Shown here piece after piece: positions 1 to 13,749 of a DNA stretch of 64,000 nucleotides. Position 1 is the first letter of the stretch. Every line of letters begins with the position of its first letter. A program made the translations under genes and the position numbers. The stretch spans positions 233,802,001 to 233,866,000 of the forward strand of contig OZ024742.1 of NCBI GenBank assembly GCA_964016885.1. Reading direction: 5' to 3'. The stretch comes from Eledone cirrhosa. Its lineage: Eukaryota. The notes beneath the pieces were generated by a model. The model had not been told where the DNA came from. It saw nothing but the letters and a program-made list of their open reading frames with translations, and searched no databases.

Positions 1-261
1 GGATTTGATTCGGCCATTATTTCTTTTTCCAATCAAAGGGAAATAATTCTTTAACATAGTTACTTCCCTTGTGACGTTTACCGTTTGAAATTACAAAAAT
101 TTAACATTTTTTAATAAATCCAATAATTGTTTATTCTTATATATACATTATTACATACATTTTTTACGGACTGCGGTTACTGTTCGTGGATGGTATGGCA
201 ATTTCTTCAATTGGAATCCTTACATTCAACTAAGCAGTATAATTGTCAGTGATGAGAATTG

Positions 262-445
262 TCGGTGAATTGGCAGTATCGGTAGAGGGTCGGACGTCAT
301 GCATAGAGTTACGGCCCTTTACGATCTGAGTTCAAATCCCGCTGCGGTTAACTTTGCCTTTCATCCTTACAGAGTCGATATAACAAAGCACCAGTAATGC
401 ACTGGGGTAATTGCTGGCCTTGTGCCAAAAGTAGAAACAATTATT
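262..445 (+). mobile_element. tRNA-derived SINE, dominant family. Other copies near 2888-3080+, 5375-5770-, 7019-7210+, 7870-8015-, 8042-8260+, 11060-11220-, 28150-28355-, 33045-33145+, 39515-39690+, 41722-41930+, 43550-43705-, 48585-48730+, 49308-49530+, 49862-50015-, 51000-51150+, 51560-51750-
   Basis: A box (tggcagtatcggt), B box (gagttcaaatccc), conserved central gcctttcatccttacggggtcgataaaataaagtaccag, 3' end ggccttgtgccaaaagtagaaacaattatt. Some copies have clear TSDs, e.g. attataattgtactcaa around 51000-51150. Confidence 0.9.
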
Positions 446-1609
446 CCAAATGTTTGTTAGCTTTCTTATATCAATGTTTGTCACTGCAATTATTGATGCT
501 GTGATGTCGCTAAATACAGATTTTCGATTCTCCTCAGAAAGAGAATAATAGAGAGGAAATGAAACAGAGATATAGAGGAAGACTCAACCCTAGTACTGGA
601 ATGATACTTTATTTTTATCGACCTTGGAAGTTGACTACGGTGGGATTTTAACTCAGAGAGTGCAGAGATCCGCAGTGAATGCCGCAAAGCAATCTACCTG
701 ACATTCTTACCCCCTCTGCCAATTCGACACACCTCTGCCTAAGCTAGAAATGAATATTTTGGTGTCATATACTCAACTTTAATTTGCACAGTTGTTTTCA
801 CAAATATTCTCTCTAGCTTGAGTCGATAAATTCATTTTTCACCGAATTCTTTTCTTGAAAAATATTTATTTCTATCTTAGATTGATAGACTCACCTTTTT
901 TTTTTTTTTTTTTACATTCAGTTATTTTCATGTTCTCTACATCTAAAATAATCATTCCAAGCTGTAAAATTGTGCGGTTAGATGAATATAGTCCTTAACC
1001 GTACTATTGCCGAATATACATTACTTGCTGTGAAATATGTAATTTCTGGGTGCTGGATATTTCTTCCTGAAAATATAACACAAAGCAAAGAGTTAAGCGC
1101 TGGAATTCCTATCTATTCTTTAAATAATTTTTGTTGTCTATGCATTAGAACCTACAATTAAGAAATTAGACATTCATATCTATCATTTTAAATCCTTTTG
1201 ATTTTCTACAATTTTTACCACCATTAAAATGAAGGTTATTTTGAGGTGGATTATTTTAACATGCAATTGATACTTGCTAGTAAAATTATAAATTAAATTT
1301 TGTGCAGTTATATATCTAATTTCATGTCAAATACTACATGTGCTTACTTGATAAATGATAGTTAAAAGACTTAAAACACTCATAAAATATTTTTTTAATG
1401 CTTCTCAGACCCCGAAAATATGATGGCTCAGAGATTTGTGCAGTTCTAAAATTTCCTTAAGGTAAAACATTTGCATGTTTTCACTGTGTGTTTTTAGAAA
1501 GTGAAATGTTTTATTTTTCTGTTGTATTAAAAGTATTCTACGTAACATGGGTGCAGTGACTAGTTACGGCTATTTCCTTTCTTGTATAACTTTGGAGTTG
1601 TATGTATAT

Positions 1610-1805
1610 TTCAAACCTATCAACTCTCCCCGTCCAACGTGCAGAACTACCATCCAGTTTGGGGTGGGTGAGAGATGTCTTCTCTTGTGAAAATGGGTAT
1701 AGCTTTCATTATGTAAAATCTCCCCATTTTGCCTTATTTCTCCCGGTTTGGGGGGCATTTTATTTCATCGTTCACCGTTTCGGTTTTTAGAGGTTGGCAG
1801 GTTCC
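1610..1805. mobile_element. MITE; second copy in opposite orientation at 5549-5722, inserted in a SINE
   Basis: Shared internal sequence between the copies; TIR-like ends cagacctgccaac / gttgacaggtctg. Confidence 0.7.
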
Positions 1806-2102
1806 CAAAACCCTCATTATCATGCAGGTAGTTTATGTTTTCAATCCCTACAGTTTCGTTATCTCTCGATTTTTATATTTGGATATTTCTCCCGTTTCCT
1901 TGGAGAGACATTATTGTCTGTTGAAACTTATAACATTTCCTGGTGGTCCACCATCTGTGTCAATTGGCATATTCTATAATATGATCAATTTGTTGTTCTC
2001 TTAGACTTGTTACGGCCAATGTTTAAACTAAGTTTTTTTCAGTTAGAACTCCATAATTAAGGCAAAATGTCTAATGTATGAAAGCTCCAATTCTGTTATG
2101 CC

Positions 2103-2185
<83 letters not shown>

Positions 2186-2379
2186 AGCTAAATCTGGACA
2201 GCTAAAGACAGCCAAAGACTAAATGGTTCTTTACATTCTTCAGTTACATTTGGCATTCTGCCTCATTATTTAGTAGCTTCGGTTGAGAAGTATTTCCTTT
2301 TATGCTGCATTAATTGCGGCCATGCTGAGGTCCTTCTTTGAATAAAAAATATATACTATTTAGCGATTACACCAACACA

Positions 2380-2887
2380 ACGTGGTACAGAAGAAAGGCG
2401 TATACGGACCCGTATAGAATATGTTCATATATAATGGATTCATTGAAGCTCCGACGTCTGGCAATGGACTTGGTAAATACCCACAAAGTTATTAACCATC
2501 TCGCCAACAACAACCCTGAGCGCCTCTTTGATCTCCATGTGTCTAACACACGTGGACATGCCTACAAAATCAGAAAACAGCACAGCTCCCATGACTTTCG
2601 TAAACATTTTTTTCATGCTCAGAGTTGCTGAAGCATGGAACAAACTGCCTGCGTCAGTTGTTAGCTGCCGAGACACTGCATCCTTTAAGACACTCATGCT
2701 CCCCAAAATACGCCAAAACTACACCTGATGTACCCCTTCCATACACATGAACACATGTGTGTATCATGACTCATGCACTGTTCATTTTCCTGATGTTTGT
2801 ACATTACCCTATGTACTATACATACACTTTTTGATGAGTTGTAGTGCACCTGAGCACTGTACACAATATTTCATTATTATTATTATT
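2380..2887 (+). mobile_element. CR1/L2-group LINE 3' end, decayed
   Basis: SLKLRRLAMDL...NTRGHAYKIRKQHS...RKHFF / RVAEAWNKLPASVV...SFK across a frameshift; (ATT)n tail. Confidence 0.85.
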
Positions 2888-3379
2888 GTGGATTGGCAGT
2901 ATCGATAGAGGGTCGGATGCCATGCTTTGAAGCATAGAGTTACCTCCCTGTATGATCTGAGTTCAAATCCCGCCGAGGTTAACTTTGCCTTTCATCCTTC
3001 CGGGGTCGATAGAATAAAGTACCAGTAATGCATTGGGTAATTGCTGGCCTTGTACCAAAAGTAGAAACAATTATTATTATAATAAACATATACATAATGT
3101 TGCTGTGAGTATTTTCAGCTATCATAATATCACAGCTACCTCACGCTATATACGTATTTCAGGGGATTTTTACATCTAAATGTAGACGCTTACAGTCAGA
3201 TAATGAAGATTGGAAGTCAATATCTTCCTGTATAGATTTTGGAAATAAACTATTTTTTTGAAATTTGCTTTGCGTGTAGTGCGAGTTTGGGTTTATATAC
3301 GTCTTTATTCCGAGCCACGCTGTATTGGTGCTATCGCTATTTAATATTAGCCCGTCTATATGCAACTAATAACCTTTCT

Positions 3380-3930
3380 ATCTGCTGCTGCCTCTATTTT
3401 AGCGGGGTTTTCTGTCCTCCAGTCACTGATGATTTCTTTTCACAGAAGCAAATTGTATCCTCAGTACGTTTACCAGAGTTGCAGTAGTATCTTGTCGCTG
3501 AAGCTTTGCAAACAAGTTCAAAGCAAGGATTAGATGCCGCAGGCTTTCCTTCCCAGCTCGAGCCGGCGTAGCTAGATCGAGGGGACGGCAAACGGCCAGA
3601 TGGTATAACAATCTTCCCGTTTCAAGGTGGTAAGCCTTCCTTCTGAGATGTTACATGCAATGATACCTTCTCCTGCGGTAACCTGGAACATTCGACAACT
3701 AACTCAGGCTTCGCTCCTCATCAGGCCGAAGAGGGCAAACTGTCGAAGTATCGGTCGCTCTTCGATAGGATTGGGTCGAACCTGTAACAACTGAAACGTC
3801 CGGTGTTCTTGGTCCCCTGAACCACTTCCCTACTAGTTGCTATTGGGGAGGAGTTAGCGACCCGCAGGAGCAAGCCCCGCCAGTTGGAATGGTTATTACA
3901 ACGCGTCTCTGTTGCCACGTTTTCTCCATT
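3380..3930 (+). mobile_element. CRE-like non-LTR retrotransposon fragment (restriction-like endonuclease), decayed
   Basis: Manual translation: DGKRPDGITIFPFQGGK...DVTCNDT...AEEGKLSKY...PRQLEWLLQRVSVA, with stops and frameshifts. Confidence 0.7.
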
Positions 3931-4425
3931 CTGTCTGCTGGGACCATGAGGCGACCTACACATGAGCTCCCACACACCAGAGTATGCTCCCTTACATCGT
4001 CCGCCTCCGCATCTCTGTGGTAGCCACGTTAGGTGCTCTTCGGAAGAGATGTGTCTTCTCTTCTAACTTACGGCACAAAACATGATTCAGCAAGTATTAG
4101 TGATTTTCTGTTTCAAATTTTCTTTAATTTTGTTTCAGTAAATGTTTGTAAATTCAATTTTTTTTTTTTTCTGTTTTCACTTTTGATAAATAGCGTTTTT
4201 TTTTTTAATTGTATTTTATGTGTAAATTAAATAAATTGAGCTATAAATATTATCAAAGAGGGACAAATTACCAAGTATTAGGAAAATATTGTCACAAAAA
4301 TTGTTCTGCAGGGAACATAAAAACGTAGTTTGCGGGCCGGATGTTAGACCACGTTTTACTACATTATCAATATAACAGATATCACAAATTAAGAATGTTA
4401 TACTACTTAAGTGGTGGTTACTTAC

Positions 4426-4539
4426 AAAAATAAAGTCGCCATGGTAAAGATTTCCCCCAAAATACTAATATTGGTTGAGATCTGGAAGGATGTAGTGAGT
4501 ATGGATATATTGGTTTCATCTGATATCGCAGTGGATATT
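4426..4539 (-). CDS. Candidate downstream exon of the same gene
   Basis: Acceptor atttatttcag, donor gtaagt, 114 nt, open in two frames, in non-repetitive sequence. No domain recognised. Confidence 0.35.
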
Positions 4540-5173
4540 CTGAAATAAATAATATTAAGTGGCATAGTTAATACGAAGCATTGTGAGATGTAATAAATAA
4601 CTGATAAGAGAGATGGGGAGGGCGAGAGAGATGGAGGCCATGACAGTGGGAGTTCGGCTCTTCCGTGTTCTGACACATTGCACCTGTCGTGTGGATAATG
4701 TAATAATTTCATTTTACTTGTCACGGTTATCAGCAGGCTCTATATGCATTGGATATGTTGTCCACCAGGAGCATAAAGCATATCCATGGCGTACTGTAAT
4801 TTCATTTGTTCAGTGAAATCACAGAATGAAAATATATCCTTTTAAAAAAAAATATTATAATTATAAATGAATTCTGCACTAAATTGTCTATTAACTGTAA
4901 TTAAATAGTTTCAAAATGCCGGTACAATGTGGTAGAAATATATAAAGGGCAAAGGATGACAAATAAATCAGAATTATTTTCGTTTTATATTTGAAAAGAG
5001 GGTAGCCCTGAAATATCATGTTGAAATATACTTTGTTTTGTTTTATTTGTCATTCTTTGACCTTTATATATTTCTACCACTTTGTATCAACTTTCTGAAA
5101 TATCAGTCATTGATAATATTCAACACACATGTGCGCGCGCGCATGTGTGTGTCTAATCAATACAACCATTTAA

Positions 5174-5365
5174 TCCTTTAGCATTTACATTACTCTATAT
5201 TTACTATTGCATTTTCATGGTAAAAACTTTATCTCACATAATATCGAATCTATGAGATTTTGATATTATTTATTTTAAGAACAATACCTTAACATAGGTA
5301 TGAGTAGCAAGTTACATCCAGTTAGAACAGAAAGAGGTAAGAGAATTCTTTTAAATGCTAAAGGG
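5174..5365. mobile_element. piggyBac-type MITE; a similar one near 8411-8635
   Basis: TTAA-tcctttagcattta ... taaatgctaaaggg-TTAA. Confidence 0.7.
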
Positions 5366-6049
5366 TTAATCAATAAATAAATATTTTCTATCATTGGCAC
5401 AAGGCGAGCAATTTAAGGGAAGGAGAAAGTCGAATGTATCAACCCCAGTACGTAACTGGTACTTTATTTTATCAACCCCGGAAGGATGAAAGGCAAAGCT
5501 GGACTCGGTGCGATTTGAAATCAGAACGTAGAAAGTGATAACTAAATACAGACCTGCCAACCTCTAAAAACCCCAAACGAGGAGTCCTATGAAAAAAATG
5601 CCCCAAAACGTAGAGAAATGAGGCAAAATAGGGAGATTTTACATAATGAAAGCTATACCCATTTTCAGAAGAGAAGACATCTCTCACCCACCCTAAAGTG
5701 GATGGGAGAGTTGACAGGTCTGGAAATACCGCAAATCATTATGTCCGACGCTCTACCAATCCTGCTCTCATTTAATCAATATATAATAGAAAATAATTAG
5801 AATTGTTTTGGGAAAGCCAAATGCAAGTTATAAATAAAGGAGAGTAAAGTCAGACAAACAAAACATCTGACACATTTACCATATATTTAAGCTGTGTAAA
5901 CTGTTGTTTGTATGTCGTTAATCTCGTTTTCACTCCTTTATTTATTACTTACATTGTACTGGCTTTCCCAAAACAATCCAAATGACACATTTTACAATAT
6001 TCATATAAACTTTGTTCTCAATAAATAATAGATTCTGTTATTTTATTTC

Positions 6050-6892
6050 ATGTGAGGCCGGTGGATTGACAGTATTGGTAGAGCGTCGTACAACATGCTT
6101 TGTAGCATATAGCTAAGTCTTTTTACGTTCTGGTTTCAAATCCTGTTGAAGTTAGCTTTGCCTTTCATTCTTACGGGATTGATAAAATAAAGCACTAGTA
6201 ATGCACAGGTGTCGATTTAATCGAATTTCTCCACCCAAAATTGTTGGCCTAAAATCAGAAAACATTATTTAATTTCATGGATTGGCAGTATCGGTAGAGG
6301 GTCGGACGCCATACTTTCCAGCATAGTTACGTCCCTTTACGATCTGAGTTCAAATCCCGCCGTGTTTGACTTTGCCTATCATCCTTACGGGGTCGATAAA
6401 ATAAAGTACCAGTAATGCACTGGGTAATTGCTGGCCTTGTGCCTAAAGTAGAAACAATTATTTAATTTCATGGAAGGCGGTGAATTGGCAGTATCAGTAG
6501 AGCGTCGGCCAACATGCTTTGCAGCATATAGTTACGTCCCTTTACGTTCTGATTTCAAATCCCGCCGAGGTTAGTTTTAGCTTTCATCTTACGGGGTCGA
6601 TAAAATATAGCACCAGTAATACACTTCAAATTCCCGGCCTTGTGCCAAAAAGTGGAAAAAATTATTTAAATTCATTATTGTGAGGGTGGTGAATTGACAA
6701 AATCGCTCGAACGTCGAACGAAATACTTTGTAGCATTTAGTTACGACCCTTTACGTTAAAATACCGCCAAAGTCAACTTTCCCTTTCCTCCTTCGATAGA
6801 ATAAAGTACCAGTAACGTAATAGGGTACGTTTCCCTTCCCCTAAATTGTTGGCCTTGTAGTACCAATGTTGGAAATCCTAATTTAATTTCAT
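6050..6892 (+). mobile_element. Four head-to-tail SINE copies
   Basis: SINE bodies start near 6054, 6277, 6473 and 6680, each bounded by an atttaatttcatg-like motif. Confidence 0.85.
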
Positions 6893-8656
6893 GTTGATAA
6901 ATTCACCTTTGTGACTAAAATTTTACATAGAAAACTCCTTGTTGTTGCTGTGGTTGTGGTTGTGGTTGCTGCTGCAACGGTTGTGGTTGTTACTGTAGTC
7001 GTTGTTGGTAATATTTATTGTGGATTGGCAGTATCGGTGGAGGGTCGGACGCCATGCTTTGCAGCAAAGAGTTACGGCCCTTGCCATTCTGAGTTCAAAT
7101 CCTACCGAGGTTAACTTTGCCTTTCATCCTTACGGGGTCGATAAAATAATGTACCAGTAATACACTGGATAATTGCTGGCTTTGTGCCAAAAGTAGAAAC
7201 AAATATTTATTGAGTATTCCAACGATTGCAATGCGATTTTCATGGGTATTTTGGACTACGTTATACAATACAGGGGCAGTGGAAGCATTTCTGAATGGGG
7301 TGGGGATTTGGACAATTTAGTTGTAGTGATTAGTTTAGCTATTATTATCAAATATCAACCAAGTTATTTAAACAAAAACTTCGATATGCGATAAACATAT
7401 ATACATAAATTGTAGCGCATATACAAATAGATGTGTGTTTTGGTAGTTTGAGGAGAAAATATATAATTATGGGGGGGGGGGGCGTAGTGCGCCCCACTTT
7501 TACCACCCCTGAATATGTCCTTCTATTCTTTAGACAGCCCACTGTCAACCTCGTGTTATCTGGTTAATGTTGAATGAACAAACCTACAATTGAAGGTATT
7601 CTAAAAGCGACCATCTCGTTTTTTCAACCAAGTTATTTCACTCTATCCAATATGATCATATTTTTTAAGATGACAAAGCTGTACTTTTAGTGAGATTTTG
7701 CTGGTATTTCTAGTAGTTAGAGTGGCTACATAGCCGTTCTCTTTTCGTCTATGGCAACCACACAGGTCCCCTTTGGACTCTAATGTTATCAATCAACAAA
7801 CAGTATATTTGTCCTACACATCAGATCTGAGTAACGTTTTTATTGGTTGGGGTGGGGGGTTCAGAGTAGTAGACGGATACTTCATCGATCACTGTAAGAA
7901 TCAAAGGCAAAGTTGATCTTGGGAGAATTGAAACCCAGAATGTAGAGAGCAGGGGGAAACCGCAAGACATTCTAACCAACGCTCTAACTACTCTGCCAAT
8001 TAGCTACCTACCACCATCGATGTATTTGCCTTAATTATTTGTGTGGATTGGCTGAATCGGTACAGCGTCGGACACCATGCTTTGCGACATAGAGTCACGA
8101 CCCTTTACGTTCTGAGTTCAAATCCCGCCAAGATTAGTTATGCCTGTCATCCTTACGGGGTCGATAAAATAAAGCACCAATAATGTGTTGTGGTCGATTT
8201 AGTCGATTTTCTCTACCCCCCAAAATCGCTGGCCTTGTGTCTAAAGTAGAAACAATTATTTGTACAAGTATAGGCTTCTTCCTCTATTACTTCTGCCATT
8301 GCTACAAACTTGTTTATTGTAAACACCTTTTCACCTATAGCCATACGGTGCTCCCAACTCCATTACTATTCCCATACTTAATGAGTCTCTCAATTCCCAA
8401 ACTATATTAACCCTTTCATTACCATATTTCTAATGAAGGACACTGCCAAGGGTTTTCAAATAATTTTGAAAATAATATAGGTTCAATATTATAACTTTCT
8501 CATCGATAAGTTCGTGTTTAGAACAGTTAAACAAAATGTTCTTAATAAAATTGTGATGGAAGATTTTTAGATAAATATAAACTCTTTAAAATAAACAGCT
8601 ATGTAGGGTGGTTTCATGCAGTTTCGTCTTAATGGTTAAATATTTATGCTAACTCT

Positions 8657-9165
8657 CTTCTTCTTCTTCTTCTTCTTCTTCTTCTTCTTCTTCTTCTTCA
8701 CCCACTTATTCCTTTTTGGGTCGTAGGGACAGCGTCCTCACACACCTCCCATAATATCATATCAGAAGTAACCGTATCCAACTGATCCGGCTGGATCCCC
8801 AAGCGAGACCAACCGAGTTCATGGATGTTATCCAACTATCTTGCTCGTGGTCTACCTCTGGGTCTCCTGCCGATTAGCTTTTCCACCCATAAATCTGTCC
8901 AGCGATTCTTTACGTAGACATACTAACCACATGTCCCGATTCAGAAATGTCGCAGCTCTACCTAGAGCAACTCCCTCATCTCCAAACTACGCACCCTATC
9001 GACTATCAATACTCCAAAAAGTTTCGGAAGACCCTCATTTCGACCCCTTGTATTCGTGATCGTATTCTTTCGGACATTACCTAAGATTCATGACCATATG
9101 TAAAGGTAGGTATGAACGCAAACTTGGAGATAGCGAGTTTGGCTTTTACACCTACTTCCCTATTT
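8657..9165 (-). mobile_element. RTE-like LINE 3' end with (GAA)n tail
   Basis: Homologous to 37520-38000; RT C-terminal remnants on the minus strand ending in a (GAA)n run. Confidence 0.7.
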
Positions 9166-10422
9166 CTTATGCTAACCCTTTTTACTCAATACTTCATCTC
9201 TCGAGAACTCACTCTCTTTCTGTGTTTTTTCCTAATCTAATAACCTGAAAAATATCAAACTGAACGTTAACAGCATTAATTTCCCCCATTTATGTTGATG
9301 CTCCAGTCTTGGAAATTTGAAAAAAGCTTTGGATACTGCCCTTTTCTCTTCGCGTAATAAAATATACGTTTTCATGGGTTAATCGTTTAATTCTGGTTAT
9401 CTATAGTAACTGGAAACATATCCAACAAATATAAAGAATGGAAAATTCTTTAACGGGTTTGGGAAATTTTCATCGGGGTAATTTAACATGAATACTCAAG
9501 AATGTCTCAATCGGTACTCATGGTTCGTTTTACCTTCCAAGATGTCGAAGTTCTGTAGTTGTTATATCCGCTCTGTTAGTTAACTCTTTATCAGACACAA
9601 GTAATATACGGAGTTTCTATAACATTAGATTTAACACATTAGATTTAATCCAGATTGTAAAGATCTATTTCAGAGATTATAAGAAAAAATACCTAAATCT
9701 GAGGCCAGCGTCAGGGTATTTAGATCCCTAGATTACCTCACAAATGTGCGACCCTTTCTCTAAGTTAGACGCCCCATTCGCCCAAATAAAATAATTTCAG
9801 CTTACAGTTCCACACGAACCTAGTTTTTGGCACTTCTTGTTCTGACCATATTAAGAAACTTACGAAACCTGTATTATTCTCTAAACAATTCACATGCACC
9901 CAAGCCAAATCATGTGACAGGTCATAACACCATACGGCCCTGTCCACGATTTTGGATATTTCCACAACGCTGCTATGGGACAAATGTGTTTAGCGACTTA
10001 TTTATCGGTCTCAGGAAATTGTTATATATTTAAGTTAATTATACAAATTTGTATAAAACAATGATTCTTTACGGTTCAGTAATACACCGCTTTGAGTTCT
10101 GTGTCTTAAACAGCCGCCTAGTAGACCTTAATGATAGCGCCAGCCCTAGTTTATGGGGGGGGGATCTTAAACCGAAGGTTTCAACTGACAAACAACTGGA
10201 ATTTATAATCAGCCTCTATGATGGATATGTCTGTCCCAAGTGCATTAGTGACTGGCTCACTCTCAGCTTACCTCTACTCTACCGTATTAGTCACATACCT
10301 CTTCAACATTGATTTATCTTTACTAATCTCAATATCTCATATTTTATCAGGGAGGGGAAATAGGAGATTGTCACGTTGGAATCTTTTCTAGGGTCATATA
10401 TGAAATTATACCCGGAGCTTAC

Positions 10423-10512
10423 CTCTGTGACACTCGTCGTCACATATCACTTCAGTATCTATTTTAGAAGGGGGAAGGACAGTGTGCGTGACCTTTCTCG
10501 GGGGCTCCGAGA
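10423..10512 (-). CDS. Next exon of the CCP-domain gene (Pro/Thr-rich linker, ISEPPRKVTHTVLPPSKIDTEVICDDECHR)
   Basis: Acceptor cttttcttccaccag, donor gtaagc, 90 nt, phase 1-1, stop-free and in frame with the CCP exon across a 53-nt intron. Confidence 0.65.
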
Positions 10513-10565
10513 CTGGTGGAAGAAAAGATGGAAGTTATTCTTATCAATGGATTAAATATTCTTAC

Positions 10566-10763
10566 TTTTACAATAGCGTTCTTCAGTCGAATCCCATTTG
10601 ACTATCGTCTTGAACAAATAGTGTATCGTTTTGCATTTCATCTGAGATGGGCCAACAAGATAATAATTACTTTTGCATCTTATATAGACCGTGGATCCAG
10701 AATTGTAATCCTTGCCAAGAATATACCCATTATCAGGAATCAACGGCTTTGGACATGGGTGAT
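10566..10763 (-). CDS. Internal exon encoding a sushi/CCP (complement control protein) domain
   Basis: Reads (D)HPCPKPLIPDNGYILGKDYNSGSTVYIRCKSNYYLVGPSQMKC...WDSTEERYCK, with the 4-Cys + Trp CCP pattern. Acceptor ttttctcttggcag, donor gtaag, 198 nt, phase 1-1 as is typical for CCP modules. Confidence 0.85.
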
Positions 10764-12327
10764 CTGCCAAGAGAAAAGTGAAGATATGATCAAAATGTGT
10801 AATTGATAAATATATTTCATGCTTTTCTATATTTTTTCTTCCTAATACTGAACTTATACAGTTAACTTAAAGAATAAATATTTAAATCATATATCTCAAA
10901 TCATAACTGAGGATAACGTAATGGGTAACGTAAAAAGTCCTTAACTCCTGGTAGAGACATTTGGGCGCTATCTTGACACACGGTGTGTCTTGGGTGTTTT
11001 AAATCTATCGGAGCCCATCCCTCTCCAGGTCGGAATACAGTCAATTTCTTCCAGAGAAAGAATCGATCCCAGTACTAAGTTGGTACTTTATTTGTCAACC
11101 TCGAAGAGATGAAAGACAAAGTTGACCTCGGCGAGATTTGAACTCGGAGCGCAATGAGCTTGAACAAATACCTAAGCACATTTAATCCGACGCCTTAACG
11201 ACTAAGCCAAACCACTGCTTGCTAACATAATAGACGTCTCATCAAAACACACAAATCGGAAACCTCTCTGAGTACGAGGGTATCAGAAATGTATAACTGT
11301 AGGCGTGAAAACATAATTGTTTGGAAATTTATTCTGAGTCACACACCATCCACATGATACGAGGATGTCAGCATAGATCGACAACTGATAATTTTCCTCA
11401 CCTCATATTTTCTTCTACGTTAGTTTTGTTTTGTTTGTTTTTGTCAATCCCGTTGAACCTCCCGTTTACAAGAATTACCATTATTGCTAATATTTTATTA
11501 TTTTCTCTTTCTAGAGACAATTTTAGTCAACAAATTTCAATAATATTCAATAGTGTGTACAATTAAAATAGAAAAAAATCAAACAACATCAATACGTATG
11601 TGGAATACGACAAGGTATACATAGAAGACTCACTTAGGAATCAATTTCTATTTTCCGGTATTTCCCGTGGTCGGGCAATGGTCTGGTCCCAAGTTGGGAT
11701 TTCAGAGTTACAAATTGTGTACATATGTGTGGAGTGAGTGTGTACGTGTGTGTGACAAAATGATCTCGAGCGAATTTGACACGCAGACCAAAATAGCTAT
11801 AACGCCACACGGGTATTTAAACCAAATCAAACAGGCTTCACACTCTCTTACCCTTCTTCTTCTCACTCCGCTGGACACTGACACAATTAATAGACAACAC
11901 CTGGCTGTAGCTTTCACTGGTCGTTAAGGTATTGCTGCAGCTAGGCCAGAGAACTTAAATCAGTAAATCTACCGGCAATATCTTATCTCAATCAACATCT
12001 CCGCATTCACACATTCACTCACAAATTCCAATATATCACATATTCTTACCTATGAACATTACATTTAACAACTTGTTGACGAAACACTATCTGTTATATC
12101 AAGACTTTTACGTATTCTGGTTGTCATATATTTTGTTATATGCTGTCGACGTATACCATAGCGCAAATAAAAATATACAAATAAGCAGTTTCGGATTTTT
12201 TTGTCGAACTGTCTCAATTCATCGTGATTGTGATCGTTTTTCAACCATCACCATTTCCACGCCAATACACCACAACAACCAACTACATATCCGCTAAAAT
12301 GGTAACCAACAACATAACAAAATTTCT

Positions 12328-12418
<91 letters not shown>

Positions 12419-12667
12419 GAAAGGTATAGAAAACACTGCAGCGAAAAGCGAACAGCATTCCATAATATATATGTGACTATAGCGTCAAAATGGGAAAAAT
12501 AGTTAACGTAAGATGTGGGAAAAATAATTTAAACTCATCTCAAAGAGAATCAGGATATAAATTCATTCACAGAATTTAGTGAAATCCAGGGAAAAATCAA
12601 TAGAGCCTTAACTCATGATAAAATAAAGTTCAAAATACTTATCCTTCAATTTGGAAAAACTTCAAAT

Positions 12668-12746
12668 GCTCTGTATAGTCTTAAAGACTATTTCATGAAA
12701 ACTTTCAGTGGAGATGGTCACGGTTGGAATTCATCATCAGCAGAGC
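12668..12746 (-). ncRNA. Type I hammerhead ribozyme, family B
   Basis: gctctg-CTGATGA-extended stem II-GAAA-tagtc/gacta-TA-cagagc. Lies in an inverted pair (12415-12777 / 12900-13070) within (TA)n. Confidence 0.85.
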
Positions 12747-12785
12747 TCAACTCGATAACCAGGATTCTCACAGATTAATATATAT

Positions 12786-12816
<31 letters not shown>

Positions 12817-12844
12817 GATAGATATATATACATACATATATATA

Positions 12845-12876
<32 letters not shown>

Positions 12877-13064
12877 CATACATATATATATATTTATATA
12901 TTCTGTGGATGAATTTGTATCCTGATTCTCTTTTGAGATGAGTTTGAATTATTTTTCCTACATCTTACGTTAACTATCTTTCCCATCTTGACGACATAGT
13001 CGCATATATATTATAGAATACTGTTAGCTTCTCGCTAAAAGCTAAAACAATTTCTATACCTTTC

Positions 13065-13154
<90 letters not shown>

Positions 13155-13229
13155 ATTTATATATATATATATTTATATATATATATATTTATATATATAT
13201 ATATTTATATATATTTATATATATATATT

Positions 13230-13260
<31 letters not shown>

Positions 13261-13263
13261 ATT

Positions 13264-13322
<59 letters not shown>

Positions 13323-13455
13323 ATATATATATTTAAATGTAAGTATGTGTGTATACGTACATACATATATGTATACAGACGAACAGTAGCATGCATATAT
13401 ATATACATACAGGTACACATACATATATGTACGTGCATATATGTATGTGTACCTG

Positions 13456-13551
<96 letters not shown>

Positions 13552-13671
13552 TGCTACTGTACGTCTGTATACATATATGTATGTACGTATACACACATAC
13601 TTACATTTAAGTAAGTGCCGTACTAAGAGTGAGAAATGAAATTTCGTTTTCATTTTATTTCAACTTATATA

Positions 13672-13748
<77 letters not shown>

Positions 13749-13749
13749 T

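Noticed and set aside
11810-11935. TATA-like tatttaa followed by a possible plus-strand first exon with donor aag/gtattg
   Set aside because: No downstream exon or other support; such motifs are common by chance.
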